Below are positions 12,790-26,071 of a stretch of 64,000 nt of DNA, piece by piece. The notes beneath the pieces were generated by a model that did no database searches, was not told the origin of the DNA, and saw only the letters and a program-made list of their open reading frames with translations. The position numbers and the translations under genes are program-made. How positions within the stretch are numbered: the first letter of the stretch is position 1; the number at the start of each line of letters is the position of its first letter. Origin of the DNA: Chiloscyllium plagiosum (lineage: Eukaryota); assembly GCF_004010195.1 (NCBI RefSeq), contig NC_057718.1, forward strand, positions 42,090,296 to 42,154,295, given 5' to 3'.

Positions 12790-12886
12790 ATTGGCCAGCA
12801 GTACTGCCCTTGCCTCTGTGTCAGAAGACTACGAATCCAAGTCCTACCGCATACTTTTGCGCATTTAAATGATTAACATTTCAGTG
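12790..12886 (+). mobile_element. 5' part of a Deu-domain SINE (SacSINE1-like), split by a Rex1 LINE
   Basis: gcagtactgcccttgcctctgtgtcagaag...atccaagtcctac head; the element resumes at about 14495. Confidence 0.6.
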
Positions 12887-14494
12887 ATTTGGTTTGATTT
12901 GACTAATTATTGTGATATGTACCGAAATATAGTGAACAATATTGTTTTGTGTGCTAAACAGACAAATCATACCTTGTGTAATGGTAATGGGACAGAATGC
13001 AGAATTATAGTGCTACAGCTGCAGAGAAGGTACAGAGAAAGATCAACTCTGATATGGGAGGTCTGTTCATAAGTCTGATAACAGTGGGCAAGAATCTGTT
13101 ATTGAATCTGTTGGTACATATGTTCAAACTTTTGTATATTCTGCCCAATGAAAGGGGGTGGAAGAGAGTACAACCGGGGTGGGAGGGGTCTTTGATTATG
13201 TTGACTGCTTCCCAAGGCAGTTGGAAGTATAAAATAGAGTCAATGGAAGAAAGGCTGGTTTTCGTGATGACCTGGGCTGCATTGACAGCTGTAATTTCTT
13301 GTGGCCCTTGGCAGAACAATTGCCTTACCATTTTGTGATGCATGCAGATAGGCTACTATCTATGGCGCATCTATAAAAATTGGTAAATGTCATTATGGAC
13401 ATGCCAAAATTTCTTAGCCTTCTGAGGATTTGGCGGCATTGGTATGCTTTCTTGATTGCAGTGTTGACTTGATTGACTGGGACAGATTGTTGGTGATATT
13501 TACTCCTAGGACATTGAAGCTTTTGACCATCTCCACCTCAGCACCATTGATACAGACGGGACATGTCCTCCACCTCACTACCTGAAGTCAATGACCAGCT
13601 CCTTCATTTTGCTGACATTGAGAGTGAGGTTGTTGTCTTTACACCATGCCCACTAAGCTGTCTATCTTTTTTCTGTCTCATCTTTTTTGAAATCCAACCC
13701 ACTACAGTGGTGTCATCAGAAAATATGTAAATGAATTTACAGCTGAATTTGATCATACAGTCATGAGTGTAGAGGAATATAGTAAGGGGTTGAGTATGGA
13801 GCCTGGTGAGGGATCAGTGTTGAGGATTATTGTGGAGGAGGCGTTGTAGCTAAGCCTTACAGATTGCTGTCTGCAGGTTAGAAAGTCAAGGATCCAGTTG
13901 CAGAGGGGGGGATTAGAGTCCTAGGTCTCAGATTTTGGAAATGAGTTTGGTTGGAATTATAGTTTTGAATATGGAGCTAAAGTCAATAAACAGTGGTCTG
14001 ACATAGCTGGCTTTGTCCAGATGTTCGAGGGATGAGTTTAAGGTCTGGGAGATGGCACCTGCTGTGGATCAATTGTGACAGTAGATGAATCCTTGTGGAT
14101 CAATGCAATCTGGTAGGCTGGAGTTGATGTGTGCCATTGTTAACCTCTTGAAACATTTCACGATGGATGTCAGAGCCACCAGGCAGTTGTCATTGAGGTA
14201 TGTTCCCTGATTTTTATTTGGCACTGGAATAATAGTGATCTTCTTGAAGCAGGTGGGAAACTCACATCATAGTAAGGGGAGGTTAAAGATGTCTATAAAT
14301 ATTCCCACCAGCTGGTTCACACAAGATCTGAGTGCACAGCCCAGGACTTCACGTGGGCCAATTGCTCTCCATGGGCTCATTCTCAAGAAAGCTGATCTGA
14401 CGTCTGCAGTGTTGACTGTGAGTACAGGTACACATAAGGCTGTCAGGGCAGGTGACATCATTTCATTGATCTTCTGTTCAAAACGAGCATAGAA
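12887..14494 (-). mobile_element. Rex1/Babar-clade LINE, 3' portion of RT ORF
   Basis: TADVRSAFLRMSPWRAIGP...ALRSCVNQLVGIFIDIFNLPL; IFSDDTTVVG; C-terminal HPLSLGRIYKSL..TNRFNNRFLPTVIRLMN. Confidence 0.8.
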
Positions 14495-14790
14495 TGCAAT
14501 ACTGAGTGAGTGTCGTACAGTCAGAGGTGCTATGCTTGGGGTGAAACATTAAACCAAGGGCTTGTCTGTTTTCTCAGGTAGTCATAAAAGATTCTAAGAA
14601 GACCAGCACTTAGCAATACTAAGAACAGCTAGAATATCTGGTCATATCTCAGTGCTGTTTAAGGCACCTTGCTGTGAATAAATTGGCTCAGCTTTTCCCG
14701 CAATACTGCAGCTATGCATTTCAGAACCACAAAATTGGCTCAGTATACTACTTTGGAGCTAATGTAAGCACAATATAAGTTTTTCTTTAA
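14495..14790 (+). mobile_element. 3' part of Deu-domain SINE
   Basis: tactgagtgagtgtcgtacagtcagaggtgc...attaaaccaaggg...tatctggtcatatctcagtgctgtt...ttgctgtgaataaattggct. Confidence 0.7.
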
Positions 14791-14974
14791 CTAATTGAGT
14801 GAAAGTAGTTCTGACTCAGATTTCATTATTGAGTGAATTAATTACTAAATTCAGAACCTTTGCAAGTTTTTAAAAACTTTAAAAGTTTTTATTAAAAAAA
14901 AAATGGAAGAAAGATAAAGAAACATATAGAAAAAAAAAGTGATGGCGAGTTTCAAAGAGCACTTCAGGTGCTGA

Positions 14975-15072
14975 CAAGGGGGGAATGGTTCTGGTGGGTT
15001 GCTCTTCGGAGTGTTGGTGTGGATTTGTTGGGCTGAAGGGCCTGTTTCCACACTGTAAATCATCTAATCTAA
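14975..15072 (+). mobile_element. HE1 SINE / CR1 3' tail fragment
   Basis: gttgggctgaagggcctgtttccacactgtaaatcatctaatctaa. Confidence 0.8.
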
Positions 15073-15477
15073 TTGGATTTTAAACTGAAATGTCAGTTTA
15101 ATCCATGTTTTGCCCAAGTTGAAACATGGCAAAAAGTTGAAGCCAGTACTAAGAATAGCTGGTCAAAAGCTGGTGAAATACTTAATTATCACATTTAAAA
15201 CATTTACACTCATTAAAGAAATTACACAGCATTTTGCTGGATTATGCTTTAACCAGCTGGAAGCAAACGTGTTAACTTTCAGCATTACTTAAAGGGATAA
15301 TCACCACTTGACATGATACTCACCACTTCATCAACATTGCAGCAGGGGATGTGAAGATGACCTTTAAAAACAATGAGATGCTTTGTCAATTCTCTATCAA
15401 CACTCAGGTGATGTTCATTCTTGAAATTCTCTGAGCCCTTCACTAAATATCTGAGTGTTTTACTTCTCCACTTTAAC

Positions 15478-15890
15478 AAAAGAAAGACTTGCATTCCTAT
15501 AGTACCTCTCGCTACCTCAGGAAATCCCCCAGCACTGAGCAATGAAGTACTTTTGAAGTATAGATACTGTTGTAATCTAAGCATGACAGCCACTATGCAA
15601 AAAACAAGCTCCCACAAGCAACAATGTTTTACTGATGCTAATTTAGGGGTAAATATTGACTAGGATCCTCTTCTCTTCATTAAAGTAGTATCATGAATCT
15701 TTTAACTCCACCAAGTAGTGAGGGCCCTCAATTTAAGTTCTTACCTGAAATGACATCTTTGACTATACAGTATTCTCTCAATGCTGCACTGAAGCATCAG
15801 TTTAGATTTATGTCCTTAAGTATCTGGAGTAATGGGACTTAACCCCATGACCTTCTAATTCAGAACTGAGAGTGCTACTCATTGACCGAT
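15478..15890 (-). mobile_element. Deu-domain SINE (SacSINE1-like), decayed, near full length
   Basis: Tail agaaagacttgcattcctatag; Deu domain aagctcccacaagcaacaatg; head ccttctaattcagaactgagagtgctac. Confidence 0.75.
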
Positions 15891-15913
15891 AATTGACAAC
15901 CCAGTACCCTATA

Positions 15914-16060
15914 AGAAGGTGAGGACTGCAGATGCTGGAGAGTCAGAGTCAAAAAGTGTGGCACTGGTAAAGCACAGCAAGTCAGGCAGCATCCGAGGAG
16001 CAGGAGAATCTATATTTCGGGCTGCCTGACCTGCTGTGCTTTTCCAGCAGCACACTTTTT
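15914..16060. mobile_element. Inverted short PLE pLTR insertion
   Basis: Minus arm gtgaggactgcagatgctggag...tttcggg joined to plus arm gctgcctgacctgctgtgcttttccagca; imperfect TSD aacccagt(a)ccc at 15898 and 16061. Confidence 0.8.
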
Positions 16061-19000
16061 AACCCAGTCCCAATATGGTCATACCCAAAAACATGTGCAC
16101 CATTCACTTATTTCCTGAAACATCTTGAAATAAGCTGCTTTCCATCAGCCAGGACAGTCCACACTATCAGTGGAAATATGTGTGAAGAACCCACATGTAC
16201 CGTTCCTTGAAAATTACAGCATTTAATGACAAAACCTGCAGGTGTCCATCTAGCACCTCCAGGCAATTTCACATTATGGTAATCAGCAATTAATCTCAAA
16301 ATTGTGTGCTAAATCAGCACTTTCAAGCAGATTAGCTTTAGCAGCACTACACCCATTTAACTTCTGTTTTCACCCTTTGGTCATAGTAAGTCCCCCACAT
16401 GTTCTGTTTGAAAGTAAATTACAATTAAAACTAAATTATATAAATGTTGTTGTGAAAATTGACTTGGTTTGGTTTCTAAAATTTGTGCTTTTCTTTGATG
16501 CAGTATGGGTAGTTGTTCACAAAATAAGTTTCAGTGCATTAAAGTCACAATAGACAGCTACCTCTTCATGAGGTTATATAGTTAAATGACAGATTTTACT
16601 TCACTATAGATTTTAAAGAATGACTTTGAAGTCACATTTGATTTTGCAGTCTCCATATCTACTGAAAAACCTCCTCTGATGTCAGTTCATATTTAATAAT
16701 GTTGATATTCTAGTGCTAGCTGTCGGTTTTCATTCAGGCCTGATGAAGAGACATCAAAGTTTTGAAAGTTAACTGGTATTTTACTCTGAAGTGTGTTCTA
16801 ATTCATACTTCGGAACTGTTTTAAAACCTTCACTATACTGCAATTCTTTTCCTCCATCAAGCTGAAATACATGGGTAAAGATTCAATCTATATTTATTTC
16901 AAACAAAGCCAAGATGGGAGAATATATGTACTGCTAACTTTCTCCTTAACTCTGTTTTAATGGGAATCAGATACTTTGTGTAGACACAGACATAAAAAAA
17001 ATCCCTGATTCAAATAGTTCTATATCTCTTACTTAGCAGCCACAATGCTATTGATTGCTCCTTGAATTTGTGTTATTTCTCCCTAGATGACTGTACAAGT
17101 AGGACTGATTTGTCATTTGATCTCTGCTCAAAAATACATTTACATACAATTCTTTCCAGGCCTCTTTGCGGACAAAGGTCTTTCAGTGAACAGGTCCATC
17201 TCAATCCAACATTAACTTCCTCTGCATACGGCTGTCAGTCTGTTAGTGAGTAAACTGCTGGCGTCCCACTGTCCCACCTATTGCACTTCCTCTTGCTTGG
17301 CAGTGGGCCGTTTCAGAACCTGAGCCAAGGTGAATTCTCACTGGATGGCCCATCACAAATTGATCTCTAAATGACACCAAGCAGGCAAGAGAAAACACAG
17401 CAGGAGGGGGAATTTTTATGATCTTTAAATGACAATGCTTTCTGTGATCCATAAGTGCAATCCACTGTCAATGGGATAATAATTACTTCTGCAGAGATAT
17501 TGTGACTGTGAGGCAGAACCAATTTAGCTAGTACAGATTAGCAGGTCAGCTCAGTGCTGTATGACTCCAGCCCGTTTTAAAAAAAACCTTCATTTTGCTT
17601 AGATTTTTTGCATGGTCTTTTTTTACAGGCTATGATAAATGTAGTGAGAGCTCCACTAGAGTCCATTTATCACTGTCTGGGCCAGAAAACATTAAGGGAG
17701 TGCAGGCTTCCAATGACACCTACATGGTGGAGTTTGGTAATAATGGAAAATTTACTTGAGTTGGTGTCAGTGGTCATTAGGCTTTTCTAACCTGGCTGTG
17801 CACTAAGTAGCTTGGGTTAAAAGCAGAAGAGAGCAGTGAATAAGACAAAAAGAAGTTAAGTGCCAAATGATTTAAATCTGGTAAATTCATCAGTTACTGT
17901 TAACTGCTCAGTTGCAGGCATATTAAACCTGTCCTGAAGCCAGCTGGTGGGGACAGGGAACAATTTATATATATCCATACATTTTATTCACAGCTCCACT
18001 ACATATGAGGCTGCATATGTAAGTTAACTGGTATTTTACTCTGGAGTGCATTAGTGAGGACAATTAGCTCAAGTAAAATGCAACTAAAATAGAGGTAAAA
18101 ATAAATAAGATCAGATCACATTGGCTGAATTACTAAAACAATGCTGTGGAATATCTGGCTAATTTGCACATAGGAGTGTGTGTGATTTATTAATGATCTT
18201 AAAAAAGGATTATGCAATGTTTATGGAACAATACAGCCAAGCATCAGAAGACAGCAGTGGAAATTGTAAAATAAATGGATAACAAATGATTGTGATATGT
18301 CCGATTAGGAAATATTATTAAAAAATGTATAGTAAAAGTTGTAGTCAGAAATGAGAGTGAAATGTAATAATTATATTTGCCACATGAAGGTAACCAAATA
18401 ACTCTCCAGTGACAAGTATTGGATGAGTTATGGCCAGTCTCACCAGAGGACATTTTTATTGTATCACTTTGCTGACCATTACAAAGATTGTATCCCACAA
18501 GTTATTTGATTATATTAATGTTAATGGAGCCTATTATGAGGGTGAGGGCCCTTTAATACCTTGCACTAAATTATTTGAATGGTCTCTCACATCTCTCGAG
18601 GTGACTGGTTGCCATCTTGAGAATCCTCCCAGTGTGGAGTTCAGTTTTAAAAAAGCATCGGGGCAAATACAGCCTTAATAGCATTATAATTGACCAATTT
18701 GTCTCAGTGCTAGTTTAAATTTCTAGCTCTGTGACTTTACCCCTCTGAATTTTTAAAAACATGTAAGTGGAACTAAAGATGGCAGGACTACAATCTTTAC
18801 CCATCCTGTGACATCCTAGCAAGTTAGTTAAAAGACATGTATTTAGTTGACATCCTATCTCTGTCTTTCCATCACTCCATAAGGCTTTTAATAGTGCAAG
18901 ATAAATTTTGCAAGATCCCAATTTTTCAAGTAATGGAATTAAACCACTCTCCTTGCATTCTGAGCTGTCAGTGCTTCACTGAAGATCATTTTACATCTGC

Positions 19001-19384
19001 ACCAATTTTACAAATGCAGAACAATAGCCACTGAGATGCAGGTGTTGACGAGAAAGAATAAGTTGAATAGCCACTCTGGAAAAACCTGCAATTCTATGGG
19101 CCGAATTTCTCATTTTCAGGCAAAGTGTTTTTTCTTGAGTCAGATCCATGGCACCTAGTCTGCTATGGTTAACAATGAGTTTTTCACACAATCATCCACT
19201 CTTCAACTTATTGATTATGCATTTCTGCTGTACAGTGCCTTTCCCATTGAATCACATGGCAGGGAGGTTTAAGCAGCCGCCACTGCTGGGACCTTCTGGT
19301 GTTCAGGCTATCTGTGCCACCTTTCAAGTCCGGCTACACATGACTTAAGAAACTCTGTGGTGTTCGTCGATTATCAGTGAGAAC

Positions 19385-19621
19385 TTGGCCTAGAAAAGCA
19401 AGTGAATACCTCATTTCACCATTAGGAATCTGGAGGTACTGGTGGATGGAGTGGTGGGAAGGAGAGAAGTGTTACACTTTGCTGAGCAGTAAAGCAGGCC
19501 ATTCCACCAGACCCAGCTAGGCTGGACCCAGGTAGCTGCTTAGCTCACTGTTGTTTCCAAGGTAAAACATAATGCACAGCAGCGCATGAGAAAGATAATT
19601 GATTTTCTGTGCTCAACAAGG
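19385..19621 (+). pseudogene. Harbinger Myb/SANT-like DNA-binding domain remnant
   Basis: IPHFTIRNLEVLVDGVVGRREVLHFAEQ*SRPFHQTQLGWTQVAA*LTVVSKVKHNAQQRMRKIIDFL, resembling Myb_DNA-bind_5/MSANTD. Confidence 0.7.
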
Positions 19622-20581
19622 GAAAATCTCATCATTTTCTCTTTGTTACCTCACACTCACAGGGTCACAATTCACTCTAATTCTGCCAATGCACATATCA
19701 CTAACTAAAGCTTAAGAATTACAACTTTTTGTTGTATTCACCCTGTCCAGTCAATGGCTTTCATCCACTGCAATCACCTCCTCCCCAAACTACTAGTCCT
19801 TCCTGCCCTCTGTGCTTTCTACTCAATCATTAGGACACCTCTCCTCACCAATTCTCCTGCTCCTGCATCGCCAGTAACTGCTTTCCCATCCTCTTCCATC
19901 ACAGTCATCCCTGTCTTTATCTCATTGCAGTAAAAAATGACCCAACCCCAAGAATGTCTCCACAGTACCCTGGCTGATGCAGCTGTGATCCCTGGAAGGT
20001 TGCAGGAGAGCTGCAGGACAATGATGGCTCAATCCCTGGACTGGAAAGGGGTGGATCTCTAGACTCGGCTAGGATCAAGCACTTGACTGACTGTTGCCAA
20101 ATCCTGGATTGGAATCAGGATTAACTCCTTGACTAAAGATGGAGGCTGTATGTAGTCTCCTCCAACTCTTCTAAGGACTGGTCCCCCTCCACTTTCAGAC
20201 ATGGCCATTTGTTAGAAACATATGCAGCGTGTTTGCTGTGTAAGTGGCTGGCACATGCTGTAGGTGTAACATTGCCAGTGAAACATGCTGCACAGCAATA
20301 GGTCCACCTCCGTGACTGTCCAGTGGTAACAAGTTTGACAAAAAGTCTGCCTCTCTCTCTCTGCTAAAAAGCAATGCAAGCCACAGAGTTTGGCAGTCTC
20401 CAAGTAAACACAAAGTGAGGGAGTGCTAAGAAATGAAGCTGAGTTATAAAAGATGTCAATGTAAATGCATGTGTGTCACTGTACAAAAAGTGACCTTTGC
20501 ATATCATAGATGACCTTGAGCTCCAATGTGAAGTGCTGAAGGGCTGATGTGGTGTGACAGTAGGATTGAGAGCAGGTGCCA

Positions 20582-21640
20582 TAGATAGAGTCATAGAGAT
20601 GTACAGCATGGAAATAGACCCTACGGCCCAACTCATCCATGTCGACTAGATATCCCAAACCAATCTAGTCCCACCTGCCAGCAACTGGCCCATATCCCTC
20701 CAAACCCTTCCTATCCATATACCCATCCAGACGCCTTTTAAATGTTGCCAGCCTGTTCAGCCTCTCCCCATAACTCAAACCCTCCAATCCTGGCAACATC
20801 CTTGTAAAGCTTTTCTAACCCTTTCAAGTTTCACAACATCCTTTCGATAGGCAGGAGACTAGAATTACACACAATATTCCAAAAGTGGCTGAACCAATGT
20901 CTTGTACAGCCGCAACATGAACTCCCAACTCCTGTACTCAATACTCTGACCAATAAAGGAAAGCATACCAAACACCTTCTTCACTATCCGATCTACCTGC
21001 GACTCCACTTTCAAGGAGCTATGAACCTGCACTCTAAGGTCTCTTCGTTCAGCAACACTCCCGTGGACCTTACCATTAAGTGTATAAGTCCTGCTAAGAT
21101 TTGCTTTCCCAAAATGCAGCACCTCACATTTATCTAAATTAAACTCCATCTGCCACATCTCAGCCCATTGGCCCATCTGATCAAGATCCCATTGTAATCT
21201 GAGGTAACCTTCTTTGCTGTCCACTACACCTCCAATTTTGGCGTCATCTACAAACTTACTAACTATACCTCTTATGCTCACATCCAAATCATTTATATAA
21301 ATGATGAAAAGTAGTGGACCCAGCACCAATTCTTGTGGCACTCCACTGGTCACAGGCCTCCAATCTGAAAAACAACCCTCAACCACAACCCTGTCTTCTA
21401 CCTTTCAGCCCATTCTGAATCCAAATGGCTAGTTCTCCCTGTATTCTGTGAGATCTAACCTTGCTAACTTGTATCCCATGGGGATCCTTGTCGAACACCT
21501 TACTGGAGTTCATATATATCACATCTACCACTCTGCTCTCGTCAATCCTTTTTGTTACTTCAAAAAAACTCAATCAAGTTTGTGAGACATGATTTCCCAC
21601 GCACAAAGACATGTTGATTATCCCTAAGCAATCCTTGTCA
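20582..21640 (-). mobile_element. CR1 LINE RT/3' portion with internal deletion
   Basis: SDWRPVTSGVPQELVLGPLLFIIYINDLD...SKFVDDAKIGG...LLEYCV; tail tagagtcatagag. Confidence 0.93.
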
Positions 21641-22177
21641 TGATGTGTTGAGATTGGTGGTTTGCTGATGCTGACTTGCATGGACGAAGGCTGGAGAAGG
21701 CCAGGGTCCATGCAGCATGATTATGGAGAAGACCTAGTTGGATGAAGGCCTGGAGAAGAAAGTGGCAAGTTACAGCTGCCTGGTAACTGCTCTAACTTCA
21801 TGACAGGAATTAGCATTGTCTAGTTTCCTGGGGAGAAGAGGAGAAATGGACACTGCATAGAAATGAGGCGAGATGAGCTAATAATGAAACACAAATGCTT
21901 GAAAATAAAGTCATTGCCACTGAATAGCAAGATTCTAAAGTTATTATTTAAACAATTAGGGGAAATTTGGGAAATGTTTTTCTCAAGTCGAGATTCTGAA
22001 CTTTTTTCACACTAACTGTATTTTCCCAACTTTTTTGTCATTGCCAATGCTGCTCAAGGAAGCAAGCAATTCTGCCCTAACATCCTCCACAAATATAAGA
22101 GGCACTAAAGGCAGACTGTGATGATAACTGAATCTCACTGTTACATGAGATGGACTGGACAGAAACATTGTTCATTC

Positions 22178-22406
22178 ATTAAGGGTGGTACATGTATGGA
22201 ATGAGCTGCCAGAGGATGTGGTGGAGGCTGGTACAATTGCAACATTTAAGAGGCATTTGGATGGGTATATGAATAGGAAGGGTTTGGAGGGATATCGGCC
22301 GGGTGCTGGCAGGTGGGACTAGATTGGGTTGGGATATCTGGTCGGCATGGACGGGTTGGACCGAAGGGTCTGTTTCCATGCTGTACATTTCTATGAGTCT
22401 ATGACT
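22178..22406 (+). mobile_element. CR1 3' end
   Basis: tggaatgagctgccagagg...gaccgaagggtctgtttccatgctgtac; tail ctatgagtctatgact. Confidence 0.9.
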
Positions 22407-23504
22407 GTTATTAATATTTAAAAACTGTAAAATGGGAAAATTATAATTTTTATCATAATTAACAACTGACTAATGGAAAGGTAAAAAAAATTAATGGATC
22501 ATTTGAGAGAGCTTTAAACTAACTTTGCAGAGGGAAGAATACTAGGGCTTACAAAATACTTGGAGACAGATAGCACTAATGTAGAGAATATATGCATCGA
22601 GTAAGTGTGTAACTCTATCGCCTAAGCATAGAGGAAGCTAATAGCTGAAGCCAGAATAATAGAGAAAGTAACTCAGTCTAAATAGAGTTACTGTGCAGTA
22701 TGTGAATGCATGGGGTATAGTACCTAGGACTGGAGAGTTACAGGCACACATAGCCTTGTGGGAATATGATGTTGTGGCAATACCAGTGAGATGAATCAAG
22801 GAAGATCATGACTGACTCTGGGTACAAGGTGTCCAGAAAAGATAGACAATGAAGGAAAGGAGGAGAGGTGGCAGAAGTGGTTAAGGGGTACATTGAAGCT
22901 GGAGAAAGGGGATGTTTGATTGTAGTCAATAGACTACCAACTAGTGAGAAGGATTTAGAGGAACAAATTTGTAGGGAAATTAAAGGCTGATGCTGCAATT
23001 GTAGCATAAGGGGACTTTAATTAGCAAATTTAGATTTGAATACTGGAACTGTAATGGGCAGTGATCTGAGATAGTGTTCAAGGGAATTTCCAGCAGGAGT
23101 AAATGTCCGGGACAGCAAGAGAGGACCTGGTTCTGAGAAATGAAATAGGCAAAGTGGATTAAGTGTCAGAGGGAGATATTTAGGAAACAATGATCATTGT
23201 ATCATAAAGTTTGGAATGATAGCAATTGCAAATACAGTGTAAAACAAAACAATTGGGTAAAGAACAGAGATGGACAGGATATAATGGAATGACAGGTGGG
23301 AAAGAAACTGTAACTGAGCAATGAGGAGTTGGCTCCAATACAAACAAAGAATATTCTCTCAAAAGGGAGAGGTAGGACAAACAAAACCAGAGCTCCCAGT
23401 ATGACCAAGAAGATAGAAAATAAGATAAAAAAGAACATTTGTGTTTATGGCAAGTGTCAAGCAGTGAATATAACCGAGAAGCAAATGAGAATCAACAGAA
23501 CTGA

Positions 23505-24575
23505 CTCGAAGGTAGGAGAAAGAGGGTGGTGGTGAAGGGTTGCTTTTTGGACTGGAATTATGTGATGAGCATAGTGCCATAGGCATCAGTGCTTGTTCCA
23601 CTGCTTTTAGTCATTTATGTAAATTATTTAGACATGAACATAGGAGATATGGTTAGGACATTTGTAGAAAACACCAAAATTGCTGGTGTAATGGACAGCC
23701 AAGAAAGTTACCTCAGGGTACAATGGGACCTTGATCTGATGGGCTGAGGAGATGCAGATGGAGTTTAATTTAGATAAATATGAAGTGCTGCAATGGAAAG
23801 GCAAATCAGGGCAGAACTTACACACTTAATGGTAAGGTTCCGGGAAGTGTTGCTGAACAAAGAGACTTTGGAGTGCAGATTCATAGTTCCCCGAAAGTGG
23901 AGTCGCAGGTAGACAGGATAGTGAAGTACGTATTGGGAACGCTTGCCTTTATTGGTCAGTGCATTGAGTATAGGAGTTGGGAGGTCATATTGCACTGTAC
24001 AGGACATTGGTTAACCCACTTTTGGAATATTGTGTGCAATTCTGGTCTCCTTCCTATAGGAAGGATGCTGTGGAACCTGAAATGGTTCAGAAAAGATTTC
24101 CAAGGATGTTGCCAGGGATGGAGGGTTTGAGTATAGGGAGAGGCTGAATAGGCTGGGACTGTTTTCCCTGGAGCACCGGAGGCTGAGGAGTGATCTTATA
24201 GAAGTTTATAAAATCATGAGGGGCATGAATAGAGTGAAGAGCCAAAGTCTTTTCCCTAGGATAAGGGAGTCCAAAACTAGAGGGCATAGGTTTAAGGTAA
24301 GGGGGAAAGATTTAAAAGGGACCTGAAGGACAATTTTTTCATGCAGAGGATGGTGTGTGTATAGAATGAGCTGCCAGAGGAGATGGTGAGATTGGTACAG
24401 TTACAACATTTAAAAGGCTTCTGGATGGGTATATGAAGGGTTTTGAGGGATAGGGCCAAATGCTGGAAAATGGCACTCGATTAATTTAGGATATTTGGTT
24501 GGCATGGGCAGGTTTGACTGAAGGGTCTGTTTCCGTGCAGTACAGCTTAATGAATCCATGATGCTCTGACTCTAA
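23505..24575 (+). mobile_element. Younger CR1 3' portion nested in the older CR1
   Basis: GRTYTLNGKVPGSVAEQRDFGVQIHSSPKVESQVDRIVK...; ends in a CR1 tail at about 24570. Confidence 0.85.
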
Positions 24576-25841
24576 GTATGCTCAGAGGGGAGGAGAAAGA
24601 AGATATCAGAGAAGTAAAGATGAATTAGAAGAAAAGACTGGCAGCCAAAGTAAGGGGGATTCGCAAAGTCTTCCATAGGCATACAATTAGTAGAAGGGTT
24701 GTGAAAGGTGGAATAGGATTGATTAGAGACCCAGAAAGAGATTTCAGCCTGGAGGTTAAGGGGGAGAGGAGATTTGTAGCAGAAGTGTTAAATGAATACT
24801 TTGCATCTGTCTTTACCAGAGAGATAGATACTACCCAGACCATGGTGACAGAGTGTAAACTCATTATAAGTTGAATAAGGAAGAATTATTGGATATTCTG
24901 CTCGTACTTAAAGTTGACAAGGCCCCGGGATCCACGGGGAGTGAAAGTGGAAAGTGTGGGACATTAGCCATAATCTTTCAATCTTCGCTAGACTCAGGTG
25001 AGGTGCCAGAAGACACAAAAATTGCATAGTTTCTGGCCTTATTCAAAATGAAAAGTTTTTAAGGATAAGTACAACATTTACAGATCATTCAGTTTAACTT
25101 CAGTCGTGAGGAACCTTCTAAAAAGACTTATTCGGGAGAAAATTAGTAGTCACGGGAAAATTTTGATTGATCTGGAAGAGCCAACATGGATTCCTGAAGG
25201 GAAAATTGCATTTAACAAACTTGTTAGAGTTTTCCAATGATGTAACAGAAAGGGTTGTTGAGGATAATGATGTTCATGGACTTCCAGCTGTTTGATACAG
25301 TGACATACAACAGATTTGGAAGAAACTTTATAGCTCAAGATGTTATAGGAACAGTAGCAACATGGATATAGAATTTGATTCAGTGATAGGAAACAATATG
25401 TAATGGGTGAATGAATTTTTTGGGGTTGGAAGAATGGTTGTAGTGGAATATCCCAGAAATGGACATCAGGACAATTGCATTTGCTGATATATATTGATCG
25501 ACTGGATCTTGGTGTATAGTGGACAAGTTTGCAGATGATACAAAACTTTGGAACATTGGTAATTGGTGAAGAAGTCAGTGCATTACTTCAAGAGGCTATA
25601 GACAAGTTGGTGGAATGGGCAGATAGGTGGCAAGTTGAAATTCAATGTGGACAAGTATATGGTGATGCATTTTGCTAGGAAAAACAATGGCAGACAATAT
25701 AAATTTAGAGGCATAATTCTAAAAAGAGTGCAGGAGTAGAGGGACCTGCATGTATATATGCACAGATTATTGAAAGTGGCAAGAACAGTAAGTAATGCAT
25801 ACAGTATCCTTAGCTTCATGAATAGGTTCATCGAGAACAAA

Positions 25842-26071
25842 GGCGAAAGTGAGGACTGCAGATGCTGGAGATTAGAGTCAAGAGTTGTGGTACTGAAAAA
25901 GCACAGCAGGTCAGGCAGCATCTGGGGAGCAGGAAAACCGATGTTTCAGGCAAAAGCCCTTCATCAGGAATGAGTTCATTCCTGATGAAGGGCTTTTGCC
26001 CGAAATATCGATTTTCCTGCTCTTCGGATGCTGCCTGACTTGCTGTGCTTTTCCAGCACCTCACTCTTGAC
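25842..26071. mobile_element. Head-to-head palindromic PLE pLTR insertion with two hammerhead cores
   Basis: Inverted repeat centred on AGGAATGA-GT-TCATTCCT (about 25974); plus-strand core CTGATGA-AGGGC-TTTT-GCCC-GAAA-TATC at 25982-26009; TSD tcatcga(g/a)aacaaa at 25828-25841 and 26072-26085. Confidence 0.88.

Larger units (their letters stand above)
19098..22077 (+). mobile_element. Decayed PIF/Harbinger element carrying a Myb/SANT pseudogene; contains a CR1 insertion
   Basis: TIR-like ends GGGCCGAATT (19098) and AATTCTGCCC (ending 22077), flanked by TAT and TAA; Myb/SANT remnant at 19385-19621. Confidence 0.65.

Noticed and set aside
17062..17452. Exon-like segments with AG/GT signals on both strands
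   Set aside because: No consistent frame or recognisable product.
20865..21386. 173-aa RT ORF as a functional gene
   Set aside because: It is a truncated CR1 fragment with substitutions around the catalytic motif (FVDDA) and flanking frameshifts.
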